In this document: positions 50,392 to 61,442 of the stretch, one piece after another
Layout of the letters: the number at the start of each line of letters is the position of its first letter
How positions within the stretch are numbered: the stretch's first letter is position 1
Translations under genes and position numbers: made by a program
Assembly: GCA_004431415.1 (NCBI GenBank)
Contig: QPMI01000645.1
Coordinates: 62,001-126,000 of the forward strand
Length of the DNA: 64,000 nt
From: Cyanophora paradoxa CCMP329
Lineage: Eukaryota > Plantae > Glaucophyta
Direction: 5' to 3'
The notes under the pieces: generated by a model
What the model saw: the letters and a program-made list of their open reading frames with translations, nothing else
Databases searched by the model: none
What the model was told of the DNA's origin: nothing

Positions 50392-50758
50392 GCTTGCGCC
50401 GAAAATTTGCGTGGGTGGGAGGGGTATCGAGAGCGATCCGACCCCGTTGCATTCTGGCCCCACCCAAAACCACCGGAGCTCGAACAGCCTCGAAGCCGCC
50501 GCGCCCCGGAGCACAAGCGACGCGCGGATCGTGATCCTGAGGTCGATCTCAAGCCTTCGAGCGGTAGTCCGCCGATCGTGCGCGTCTCTGGAGCCCGCGC
50601 TGCGCACAGGCGCCGAACGGCGCTGATCGGGCGCCCGCAGCGGGACGAAGCGGTCTACGCAAGCCTGTGCCTCCGATGAGCCCGTGAGAAGCAGTTGGGT
50701 GCTCTCTCGGCGCGGCGTTCCAGCCCGGATCGTTCGCAACCTTAACGTTCGCCTGCGG
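50392..50758 (-). repeat. ~350-bp dispersed repeat, copy 2 (inverted relative to copy 1)
   Basis: Reverse complement aligns to 39026-39374 with scattered substitutions and small indels. Confidence 0.9.
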
Positions 50759-51186
50759 CCGCGGGCCGGGGCGGGCATGTGCCAGCATCGACTGCGGTGC
50801 ACACCTTGCGTCCCGTTGACGTCGCCGCGCGTCCTTCGGCCACCGCCGCGCGGCCCGATAGCAGCGATATCGATTTCGATAGCAGCCATATATAGCTGCG
50901 ACATCGATAGCAGCCATGGCCCTTGCTTGCGCATGCGCAGCCGCAGAACCTCAGCTCCCAGCTGCAGCCTGCAGGGGCTGCAAATGCAGCCCGCGGCCGT
51001 GCTATAGCTAGCTTACATCGACATGGACTTCGAATATTAATTCGCAACAGCTTCTCCACAATTGCAATTCGCAACAGCTTCTCCACAACAGCCGCAGCTT
51101 CTCATCTCGAGCTCGAGACGTGCCAGGCCTAGGGCTAGCGCGAATTGCCGTCCATATCACAGATCCCGATTCAGGGAGCTAGCGCT

Positions 51187-52732
51187 ATGTCAACGTCAAC
51201 CAACGAGCTTCCTTCGGCGGTCGATTGCGAAGAGACAGATAACGATGCCGGTAGTACTTCTGAGACCGATCGGGAGGAGACAGATACCGGTTCGAATTCG
51301 GAGCAGCAAGAGTTGACATCCGCCGGATCTGTCAGCTGCAGTAATATTAATAGTGATCATGAGGAGAACGAAGAAGATTCGCCCTCAGGTCCTAGTGAGG
51401 AGGATCCGGACGAAGAAGATTCGCCCTCAGGTTCTTACTTTTCTGCTTACTTCAAATGCTTGAGTTGTTTGAAAGATCCAGATATTAATCTGAATGTGCA
51501 CTACGCAGCGAACGATAGCGATTTCGAAGTATATGAAGAGTTCGATAGCCCGCTCCCTTCAGATGTCGATCTGGTCTCTCTGCGCAAAGAGTACGACCAC
51601 AAGTACCCTCTGCTGCGCGGACAGCCCGTGGCCATCGTCATCTGCGCTAGCGACGGTTCGATCTTAAGTACCATGGCCCCCTGCACTCCTCTGTCTGAGC
51701 TTTGATGCCTACGCCCCGACCGGGGGCCCACCATGGCCACTGCAGAGTCGCGGGGGCGGCTAACAACTGCCGTGAGAGTTTGCCCGCAACCACTGCGATC
51801 GTGGACCCGCTTCAATTTTGATGCAAACCATCACGAAGAAGCAGTGCTCGCCGCAAGTGTAAAAATCGGTATGCGAAATTCGTTCTACAGCATTTGTGCG
51901 AGTTGACATTTGTACTAGTACTATGTTTTGATGCTCGGCCTTAATTATATAATCGCCATGGTGCAGGCTCTCGAATACCCAATGATGCTCGCTGGATAGT
52001 CGTTCCTCCTATGTTCATCGGTGCGATGTCACGGCCGTGGCCGGGTGTTCTGGATCCTGAGGCCCAGCGCATGCACATGCGCAGGGGTGTCTGCAGACGT
52101 CCTGTTCGTCCATTCTTGCAATTTCAGTTACGACCCTCGAGACGACAAGGCTTCTAAGAGACTGCGTGATATGTACGAGCAAGAGCATCCACGGTTCCGT
52201 GGATACCCGATTGTCGCATGCGGTCGGCGGCAGAAACTGGTGAAACTACTTTTCCATGGTTTGCCTTTTCAAATTTTAAAATTCCAATCGCCTCCAAAAT
52301 GCCTCTTGCAAACTGCTTCCAGCCCAAGCCTAACTGCTTTTCCAACTTGTTCAGAGTCCAAGCTCAACTCGATGTCGCCTTTCGTCGTCGATGCCATCGT
52401 CGGCGTCGATTTCCCGCGTCCCTGGTGTGAGAATGGAGACTCTAGATCTGATCACGATGGAGCGGTTCTCGGTGCCATGGTCAAGCTCGGGCGGGAGGTG
52501 CCATCCGACAGCTTCGCACTCCTGAACCCAGACCCATGGCCAGATGACACCTATTCAATGCTGACAGTCATGTTGAACAGTGCATTTCTTATCTATCGCT
52601 TTTTATTTTGAATCTTCTGATCGGTATTTACTGATTATGGTTACCGGCACCTCGCTCTTCCGGCAGGCAATGACATACGCACTAATGAGGGTCGAACGGC
52701 TCTGCCGGCCACGCTCCCCCGGGTCGGTCTGC
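51187..52732 (+). pseudogene. Paralogue B of the repeated-domain gene, apparently truncated by the viral insertion
   Basis: DLVSLRKEYDHKYPLLRGQPVAIVIC|ESRGRLTTAV...EAVLAASVKIG; LRDMYEQEHPRFRGYPIVACGR; PFVVDAIVG...AVLGAMVKLG. Last exon GNDIRTNEGRTALPATLPRVGL aligns loosely with GEVIITIGQLAPEFVPETVGKLLL of paralogue A, then runs into AT-rich DNA. Confidence 0.6.
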
Positions 52733-53146
52733 AGTCAACCTCACAGTTAAAACCCCGCATTGCATAAATAGACCTCATCGATAATCAAAGCAATTTACGA
52801 TCGATTCCTTACCAATGCCCGATAGGAATCGTAAATTGCTCACTTTTCATCAACCCTCGATCAAAAACCATGACCCCCTACCTATGCCTCTCATATATAT
52901 CTATCGACTTTATTGATAAATCACATTTTCTCTCTTTACCCATGACCCCCTCCCTGTGGTTTTACTGTAAGATTCTATTGTATCTATACAGAAAAAAGGA
53001 TATACTATATCTTTTTTTAACGATAGATCTATCTTGGGGATATCGAACAGTATTCGATATTCTAACAGTAGATCCATTGTTGAAAAACAAAGGAATCCTT
53101 TATTTCGTAAAAAATGACAAGAATTTAACAATCAAATACAGTAACG

Positions 53147-53851
53147 ATGGATTGCCCTATTTGCTTTAATAAAATGAAAAGTCATCGTATGACTCAATTA
53201 GAATGCGGTCATAACTTCTGTAAAAAGTGTTTCGATGATTGGTATAAAGCAAGTGTTAAACAAATCTCTGTTTTTCCAGCGTGTAAAGGAAAACCATTCT
53301 GTGAGTCGGATAATTTATTTGCACTTAATCTGAGTCTATCTAAAACATGGATAAGTTGCCCAATCTGTAAGCAAGATTACACATATGTGAATTGGGAAGC
53401 ATCACATGGAAATTCTAAAACGCCTAAATTGGAAAAGGTTATATGCAAAATTTGGTTTTCTGTAAATGGATGTTCAAGTGTAGACGCATGCGATCTTATC
53501 ACAGACTTTAAACCACAACTTCTAAATTACATTCCTTTATTAGACCGGAAACCATTAGAACTCGGAGAACAACCGAAATATCCACACACTTTAAGAACGA
53601 TTAAGTATGTGATGGAATGCATTGAAAACAATGAGACCGAATTTCACATGTGTAACTGTATGTGTAGTGATAAGAAATGTGCGAAGGTAAACATTATCTC
53701 AGCTAAAACATGTGATTGTTTAAATCATTCATCTCCAAGTGACTTTGAAAATTGGCTTAAAACATTTGATCCAGAGTCTGATGATTGGTTAGAGAGAATG
53801 AAATTTTACAATCGTGCAAAATTCCGTATTCTCTCAAAACATGGTATTTAA
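53147..53851 (+). CDS. Viral RING-HC finger protein (putative E3 ligase)
   Basis: CPIC-x12-ECGHNFCKKC ... CPIC, with a long insertion before the last Cys pair; Cys-rich C-terminus. Confidence 0.8.
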   Translation: MDCPICFNKMKSHRMTQLECGHNFCKKCFDDWYKASVKQISVFPACKGKPFCESDNLFALNLSLSKTWISCPICKQDYTYVNWEASHGNSKTPKLEKVICKIWFSVNGCSSVDACDLITDFKPQLLNYIPLLDRKPLELGEQPKYPHTLRTIKYVMECIENNETEFHMCNCMCSDKKCAKVNIISAKTCDCLNHSSPSDFENWLKTFDPESDDWLERMKFYNRAKFRILSKHGI

Positions 53852-53907
53852 ATGAAATGTTCAACGGGACAAAAAATGATGTCCCAAAAAAATAACAATT
53901 AAAAACA

Positions 53908-54321
53908 ATGGATTACTACGGAGTTTACATGTTGGATATTGAAAATCCGGAATTACATAAAGATCTTCTCGAAAACAACGGGGCTGAATGGGATCCGGAC
54001 ACAAAATTATGGTTTGTCGAAGACGAAAATAACGAACTTTTAAAACAATTCCGTGTAAAACATCCGGGTGAATTCGACCAAGATTACGTTAAACAATTCC
54101 CCCGCCAGTATTTCGTGGCTGATATCAAAGCAAGACTACCGGAGATTGCGGCAAAGCGTATATTTACTCAGTCATCATTACGCAAATATATTAAAAAACA
54201 AGGCGCTACATACGATCCTCAGTATCGTTTATGGTATGTTACTGATCCTGAAAGTGAGATATGCAAGATCTTTAAGATGTTCACACTCGAACAGGTAGAA
54301 GATCTGAGAAGACCAAATTAA
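53908..54321 (+). CDS. Protein with two DUF5710-like motifs
   Basis: NNGAEWDPDTKLWFV and KQGATYDPQYRLWYV. Confidence 0.7.
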   Translation: MDYYGVYMLDIENPELHKDLLENNGAEWDPDTKLWFVEDENNELLKQFRVKHPGEFDQDYVKQFPRQYFVADIKARLPEIAAKRIFTQSSLRKYIKKQGATYDPQYRLWYVTDPESEICKIFKMFTLEQVEDLRRPN

Positions 54322-54534
54322 ACCGTAATCGTCGTTGGTTCATTACTAATTCTTATCGATTCTCTCTTTTTTATCGCTCGTTTCTTAACAAACTTGCGGA
54401 ACGCTTTTAGGTCATCATCTGTTATAATTGCACGGTCTGTGTATACTTTGATGTCCGTAAAAACTCGGGAGATTGACCTTAATAAAAAATAAAAATGAAA
54501 ATTTTCACTCCTTTTTCCTAGCGCCGGCCCCAAC

Positions 54535-54837
54535 TTATACTTTATCGTATGTCAGTGTTAATGGGTTATCAATACCCGATACGAACCATAGCTTATGATC
54601 AGGATCCCACTTGGCTCCACCCTTCTTAGCCTTCTCGCGATCCTCGAACGGAATTTTCAAATAAATTTTTTTATTTTTGCGCATTAATTCCGAAACAGCC
54701 ACGGTACTATAGGTAGATAGAAGCTTATGTTCCGGCTCAGTTACATACCAGCATTTATGCTTCATATCCCATTTAGCCCCAAGGGCTTTAGCTTCATCTT
54801 TTTGTTCAAAAGGGACCTCAATATAGATTTTCTCCAT
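54535..54837 (-). CDS. Tandem DUF5710 protein
   Basis: IYIEVPFEQKDEAKALGAKWDMKHKCWYV and IYLKIPFEDREKAKKGGAKWDPDHKLWFV match the DUF5710 pattern. Confidence 0.82.
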   Translation of the reverse strand: MEKIYIEVPFEQKDEAKALGAKWDMKHKCWYVTEPEHKLLSTYSTVAVSELMRKNKKIYLKIPFEDREKAKKGGAKWDPDHKLWFVSGIDNPLTLTYDKV

Positions 54838-54863
54838 TTCCTACTATACGAATATATAAAATT

Positions 54864-56230
54864 TTACCTGGTTCGGATCCTAGTACTAGCCCTTATAGCT
54901 GGAGCCTTATCATAGGATGCTACAGCCTCTGCCCCACCGGCTAATTTCTCGGTTCCGGCTACTCTTAGATTCGCTAGCTCCCTTGAAACCCTCTTCGTTC
55001 TCTGGACCCTATCCTCGATCAAGCTGCCTTTTGGCACTGATTCCGCCGGATCTATGCCCTCTCTGTGGATCTGTCTAATTGCTGCGGCCTCCTGCCTCAC
55101 TGTATCCACTGTACTTGCGGAAGGCTCAACGATTGCTTCAACTTCCGATATGATCTGCAGCTCATGAGGCTTGAAGATTCGATTCAAAGGAACACCCTGG
55201 GCATCTACGACCTGGATTCCATTCCCGGCCCTTCCTGCGATCTTGTAGACCTCTCGACTGTATCTCTGAGTGGCCCCCTTGTCAAACTTAGATCTAGGCA
55301 ACAAGACTCGAACAAACAGGCCGGGCTTGAATTTCTCGAATATATCATCAACAATTGCTTTCTTTTTCGATAAAATGAAACTGCGAATGCGAGCCATATC
55401 CTCTAACCTAACATCTATTGGTCGCATACCTATAGTCCTATTAACACTGGAATTATAATTCAGAACAAAGTCCTCTAGCTTATCCATAAACTTGACTGTG
55501 TTGAAAGCGATGCAGTAGTTATTGATCATCGTTTTGAGGGTCAAATGGAATCGATTCATGATGCCTAAACTCGTGTGATCCCAGCCTGTTTAAACCTATG
55601 CTCGATTCCAAACTCCTGGATCACTGCCTGGAACTCTTTCGCTTTAAACTCGGAACCCAAATCAGTCTCTAACACCCTCATTGGAGCGGGAAGCTCACCC
55701 AATACCTCTCTAAATGCAGTCGCAACACTGACTCCCTCTTTATTCTTTAATTTCTTAGCGTAAGCCCTCCTGCTCGTGATCTCAATAAGAGTGAGTACCG
55801 CAATGTACCCCGCATTGTACTTTCCGTAAGATAAATAGAATATCAGATCGGCCTGGTAGGTCCAGGGTGGAGCTGTGATTGGAATGAATGTGGACTGCGA
55901 TGCTGGGGGTGGCTTCTTGTTAATCTGCATAAACTCTTGCTTTTCTGCAACCTCTTTGACCTCGTTATAAGTAACACTCGGATCCTCTTTCTTCAGCTCC
56001 TGATAGATCGTATGGGGATGCTTGTAACCTGTTTTAGGATCGTACATTCGCCTAACTATTTTATTCGAAGCCGGACTCACGGTTTTAAAAGGGACATCCC
56101 CTACTACATTTACCTTTGCTTCTCTTTTACTAATTCTGCCTTCTACTCTCTCTGTATCTGGGATCGGAATGGGGAGCAGGGTCGTTTCGGTCTCATCCCC
56201 AGCCCCTCGCCTCACTATTTTCGATGCCAT
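54864..56230 (-). CDS. int: Polinton-type retroviral-like (rve) integrase, split by a 1-nt frameshift at ~55580
   Basis: MYDPKTG...IYQELK; YQADLIF; LIEITSRRAY; LETDLGSEF. Adding one base in GCTGGGATC gives QAGDHTSLGIMNRFHLTLK. Then YNSSVNRTIGMRP and FKPGLFVRV...FDKG...YSREVYKI. Confidence 0.88.
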
Positions 56231-56248
56231 CCTATAACTATACAAATT

Positions 56249-59200
56249 CTATTTTTTGCTGCTGTTGCATCCTTGATGAGCCAGCTTGCAGTTCGACTTG
56301 ATGTGAGCCTCCTTATTATTAATCCTATCAACCGTAAGCCTGTACCTTAGATCCTTTGCCTGAAGGGAAAGGGGTTCGGTACACAGAGAGCAGATTCGCT
56401 TCTGCTCCTTGAGCTGCTCAATGATCCACTCGGGTGTAATATAATCATCATCATTATAATCCCGACCCGCTTTCTGATCCTGGCACTTGTAAGCCCGAAC
56501 CTTGGCCTTCAGATGCTCGAAGATCTCGGATTTAGCCTCGAACTTGTGGAGCTTTGTGTAAATGAGAATCTCGCTCAAATCTCGGTTGCGAGTCAGAGCA
56601 GTCCAGAACCACTCAGGAGTAACATGGCAGAACGAGGCCTCACAAACGACAATGCCCGAATCGTAGGTGAGTCCTTGAACACTGTGGCATGTTCCAGCAT
56701 AGGGTAGGTTGAACTTTTCCAACAGAGCAGTGGGGAGAGAGAACTGGGTCCCATCAAACACATCCTCCAAAGTGACCTGGTTCCGATTGATATCGACTAT
56801 GGTATAACTGTAATTAGTGAAAGCCGCTACTTTCTCATCTTTTTTACCTCGGGTCACACAGATATATTCACGACAAACGATTTCGATTCCTTTGAAAAAA
56901 TTGATTCCGTTCACAAGGATCCCCTCGGTTTGGGGTATATACGTTTATGCATGGTTCGGTTGTACAGGTAAGCCATCTCGTTTCTATAGCATACAGCCCT
57001 GTAGGAATCAGGAATTTCGTTTAGATCAGTTGCAGTTCTGAATCCGTATTTATTTACTATTTCTGTAGGAGCAAGTCCGTTCTCAAAGAGATCGACCTTG
57101 ATTGTTTTCAGCTTCTCTCGATCCTCAGGCTTGCGATGCCTCTTGTTGATCATCAGCTGCAGTATGTTGGGGAAGATGCTTGAGATAGCATCGCTGTAAT
57201 ATTGTTTGGGGTCAGCCACAGCAAGAGCATCTTTTATGGGAGCGTTTTGGTGGGGGTCTCCATTGCAGTAGAATTTCTTATCCGAATACTTGTTTATGAA
57301 TTTTTTGATCTTTGCAAGGTCCTTTACTTTATAGGCATAGACCTCATCGAATACTACATGGGAAAAGCCTTCCATAAACTCATTGACCTGTGAAGCCGAT
57401 AGGGCCTCCTCACAGGTTTGCTCATTTGAAACTCGCAGACCCAGAACACTGTACAGGGTGGCCACCTCAATGCGGCTTGCAGCTTCGGGCTTCCCCAATC
57501 TGATGCCCATTTCTTTCAGAGAGCATCGGAACTCGGCCGCTTGTTTGTTGTAGGGGCAGACTATGAGTCCGTTGATGTCATTTTTTAGCAGGTAGACCAT
57601 CAATCCGGTCGACTTTCCGGCTCCTGGAAGCATTCCAAGCGTATTGACATGATTGAACTCATTATATACTTTGGTATAAGCGTCCGAATCAAATTCATTT
57701 CGAAGGCAGAAGGAATTGATATTTGAAAGGGGATCCTCAATTTTAATAGGCTTCGGGAGGGTCCGAATGCGAATGGGGTTCATAGGGGGCTTCTTGTTCG
57801 GAATATAGGAGAAGCGACCAATGTTGGCAAATGAGTTACGATCAAAGGGCTTTGAGCTATACCTTCCTTTGATATACAGGCAATCAGTGTGGATTCCCAC
57901 GACCTCGTAACCTTTGCTTTTGAGTTCCTTGTACTTGTCATACATTTCGCTGCGAACTCGATCGTACATTGCGAACTGGATCGGAAGGAACCCGTTAATG
58001 AGATCCTTTTGAGAATCAGTTCTCACATAATAGATGTGGCCATCGAAATCCGAGAGGTTCTTGACCAGAGTATCAGTTTTCGCTCCAAAGGTGAATACTT
58101 CCACCATTCCGCCCACCTGCTGGGCATAGGTATCAGCCTCGGACTTTTTGCAGAACAACCTGGTCTTGGATCGCTTATCGAGTCGCTTTCCTAGCAGACC
58201 AATCACTTCTACGAGAGTCGCCTTTTTCTCGCGAGGATTCAGGTCGCTTGACATTATTTTCTGGATCAGCCTTTTTGAGGGGTTGCTTACGAAAAATGAT
58301 GGGCGGTTGTAGCCTGTAATAGTCACGAGATCCTTGATGTCCTCCCAGTGACGCTTCAGAGTGTAACCTGTGATCAAGTTCGAGTAGGATGCAGCCTTGT
58401 AACGATCGAGCAGGATCTGAATTCCTGGATCGCAGATGCGGGATTTGTATCCTACTGGCTCATCATCAATATCCTCTTCGTATGTATCCACTCCTTGCAT
58501 GTAGGTTCCAGTATCGAATTGCTGCACATCAATCACATAGAAGGTATCCTCCTCGATTGGGTGACCATCATAGGGGCGGATGCCATCGAAAATATTGAAT
58601 ACTGGAAGCTTTTCGATCTTGCTAATAACAGCTGGATAGCATTTGCACATATCCACTGCAGTGTACTTTGTTCCTGGCTTCGGCTTAATGAAATAGCCAT
58701 TCAGAGCAGAGCGATTGTAATTAATAAGGGCTGTTCGGAAGCCCTCCTCGTACTGTGAAATTGTGTCGGTGTTAATCAGGGCTTCCTTGAATTCTTGACG
58801 AATTGATTGGACCTTTTTGTAGTAATCCTCAGTCTCGAACTCACACTGAACCATGTGATCAGAAACCGAGGGATTAAATACGGAAAAGAATATTCCACTC
58901 GCTTTGAAGATCAGGGTTTTGATCTGTCCCCCTTTCATTCCGAGCTTTGGTTCGTATTGAAGGCGATCCAAGAAAGTGAACAGAAGCTCATCCATGGACC
59001 CAGTGTAAACGATTCGGACTGTAGCTTTCTCCTTATCAGCTTTCAATCCCATGGTCGCAATCTTGAGCAGATCAGCAGGTGTGTGGGCGAACATATCGTA
59101 TTGCTTGGTCTCTGTGATTTGGTAGGATGAGTTTAGTGAAGCTTCGGAAGGGTTTTCGGTTTCCAGGTCCATTTTCTTGAAATTCTTCTCGAGGGCTTTG

Positions 59201-60399
59201 ATGTTATCGTTGTAGCAGTAAACGTGGTTATTGTGTACCATGAAATTCATGCATTGCGGATGCAGATCCTTATTCACGGGCATCTCTCCCTGTGGGTATC
59301 TGTACTTGAGCTTGTTATCCTCCGAATAAACACGGAATCCCAGCCTGCAACGATCCGCGAATTTTCGGAGCAGCCTCAGAGTGAGGGACATAGAGGCTCC
59401 CTCAGTATATTCCTTTCCGTGGAAAAATCGATACAGACCCTCATAGGTCATCTCAATGTCAGTGTACTTCTTGTACCTCCCCCTTTCATGACAGGCTTTC
59501 ATGGATCGAGAGTACAATGAGATCAGCATATCGTAGACACAGGCATTCGATTTTCCGGAAGCAGGCTTGATGATTAATTCCTCAATCGATTTTGCCTCGG
59601 GATTGAGATCGTAGTTAATGTACTGGCTCACAGCTGCGGTACATCGCATCGATTCTTCGAGTTCCTCATCGAGAAATTCTTCTTGAACGGCTTCCTGGGC
59701 TTCTTCCTCAGCCTGAGCCTCCACCAAAACGATTTCGTGAATTTCCGCGAAATAATCGTACCAATGCTGAATTTCGCTTGCAAGTCGATCAGCCCTAAAT
59801 ACGGTCTCAACAACATACAGGAAATCAGCGACCATATAGTGTCTCTGGTTCAGCACAAACCTTGTAACGAAACCATCACGGGCAATTTGTCGCAGCATCC
59901 TTACCGGAATTGTGATCGAAGCCCTTTTCAGGGGTCGGTACATGCGACCTTCGAAGCGGAGTGGCTGATCCCTCGCACGACCAGTGGGTTCAGCATTAAT
60001 TTCGGCCCAGAGCTTGAAAGTGACCCGGACAACAGCATCGTCGGGAAACTGGGCAATCTGCCGGAAAAATTGATTCAGCTGCCTGTTCTCTCGGGGTCTC
60101 GGAGGTTCAGCCTCAATGGCCCCAATGCGACCGACCTCTCGATCAAATGCAGCCTGGCGAACCCCCAGCAGCGATTGCAGGGTATATCCCTTTGCAGGTC
60201 GCTCTGTATCGAAAATTGACTGAATGTTCTTGAGGTACAGCTCGAGCATGGTTTCGGGAACCTTGGAAGTTCCTGAGAATTTGCGCAATAATGCATCAGC
60301 GGTTCTCTTGGTGAACAGGTTCCGCTGGATACCAAGGTTAATCAATTCAATCGCTTTTGCTTTCAAGCCTTTTCTTCTCTTGTAACTTGCGCGAGGCAT
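56249..60399 (-). CDS. Multidomain replication protein: OTU-like protease motif - PolB core - SF1 (Pif1/RecD-like) helicase - HNH-like finger; 1-nt frameshift at ~56930
   Basis: SNACVYDML...HNNHVY; PolB A AVDMCKCYP, B KATLVEVIGLLGK, C GIHTDCLY; helicase GMLPGAGKST, VVFDEV, GDPHQNAPI, then after the frameshift YAGTCHSVQGLT and WTALTRNR; C-terminal CSLC...LTVDRINNKEAHIKSNCKLAHQGCN. Confidence 0.85.
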
Positions 60400-60485
60400 T
60401 GTTTACTTTAAGCCAAGAAAATAAATTCCGCAAGAAGAAGAAAAACTCTTTTTTCTCTAAGTTATATAAGTGGATTTTCCTTAAG

Positions 60486-60494
60486 TCATTTTTT
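60486..60494 (-). promoter_or_regulatory. Candidate viral early-promoter motif AAAAAATGA (representative copy, upstream of the polymerase gene)
   Basis: The same 9-mer lies on the coding strand upstream of five viral ORFs: 53109, 53871, 61455 (+); 61034-61042, 60486-60494 (-). Confidence 0.55.
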
Positions 60495-60574
60495 GTTGAC
60501 CACAGCGATAAAATCATTTTTTCTTTTTCGATAGAAAAGCATGCATAAAAATAATATATACAGAGCTGCAAACC

Positions 60575-60973
60575 TCAGCATTCATTGTGTCTCCTTGTTA
60601 TACTTGCGGGGTCTACCGGGTTTAGGGGATTTTGGGATGTCTCTGCCTTTTGTTCCTCAGCAATAGCAGCGAGTTTTTCGGCGTATTTCCTATGATAGTA
60701 TGCAAGCGATGATGCCTTCTTCTTTTCTCTGAACTCGGCATCATTCTGGTATTTCTCCTGTTTTTTATAGCATTGCCTTTCGAGGCATTGCTCCTTTGTT
60801 TTCTCATACCTAGCCTTGCGGACTGCCAGCTGTTTGGCTCGGAATTCGGGATCACTGTGATACCTTTCCCTGTACTTTTCGTTTCTCGCTTTTTTCTGCT
60901 CTGGGGACAGTTTGTATGGAGTTCTCTTTTTAGGCACTTCTGCGATTGCAGGGGTAGTTTCGATATCTGCCAT
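60575..60973 (-). CDS. Small basic helical protein with two RY..D(P/A)EFR.K motifs
   Basis: RERYHSDPEFRAK and EKYQNDAEFREKKKASSLAYYHRK; conserved upstream promoter-like motif. Confidence 0.7.
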   Translation of the reverse strand: MADIETTPAIAEVPKKRTPYKLSPEQKKARNEKYRERYHSDPEFRAKQLAVRKARYEKTKEQCLERQCYKKQEKYQNDAEFREKKKASSLAYYHRKYAEKLAAIAEEQKAETSQNPLNPVDPASITRRHNEC

Positions 60974-61071
60974 CTTCCTATTAATAGCCAAGAAAAGTTT
61001 TTTCTCTAATTAAATTAGGGGGTTATCCTTAAATCATTTTTTGTGATGCAGCGAGATCTAATACTTCCTTG

Positions 61072-61234
61072 TCCTTCTCTCTCTTGCTTCTGAGGCATTA
61101 TCCTCATTATCTGACATCTCAAACTCCACTGTTGTCTCACAACATCTACTGTGGCAATTGCTCACCACATGCAGACTGAACATCTCGAAGAACTTTCGTA
61201 TTATGTCCATATCTCTAATAAAACAGAGATAATT
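61072..61234. repeat. 163-bp direct repeat, copy 1 (contains 50-codon minus-strand ORF 61058-61210)
   Basis: Identical to 62263-62425 except for one substitution. Confidence 0.95.
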
Positions 61235-61257
61235 CCTATACTGTTACCATTAATGGT

Positions 61258-61442
61258 TTGTCAGGCACTTACAATTTATTGTCAGGCACTATTATGGTAT
61301 ATCAGGCATTGTCAGGCACCTTTTTAGAAAACTTTTCTATAATACAAATTTCATTGTTGATCCAAGCAATGACATTGAGAATTGGAAACGTTTGTGAAAA
61401 TCAATGTGTTTCCTGCCTGACAAACTTCTTGCTGCCTGACAA
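61258..61442. repeat. Iteron-like array of TTGTCAGGCA (three direct, one partial, two inverted copies)
   Basis: Direct copies at 61258, 61279 and 61309, partial at 61302; inverted TGCCTGACAA at 61414 and 61433; AT-rich centre. Confidence 0.88.

Noticed and set aside
52870-53169. 99-aa hydrophobic ORF at the viral left end
   Set aside because: Lies in the AT-rich, repeat-bearing terminal region and overlaps the RING gene start; probably non-coding.
54318-54533. 71-aa ORF between the DUF5710 genes
   Set aside because: No ATG start and no recognisable motif; could be real but unsupported.
55575-55600. Programmed -1 frameshift at TTTAAAC in the integrase (and CCCAAAC in the replicase)
   Set aside because: The heptamers are not in the X XXY YYZ register of the upstream frames, and homopolymer deletions elsewhere explain the breaks more simply.
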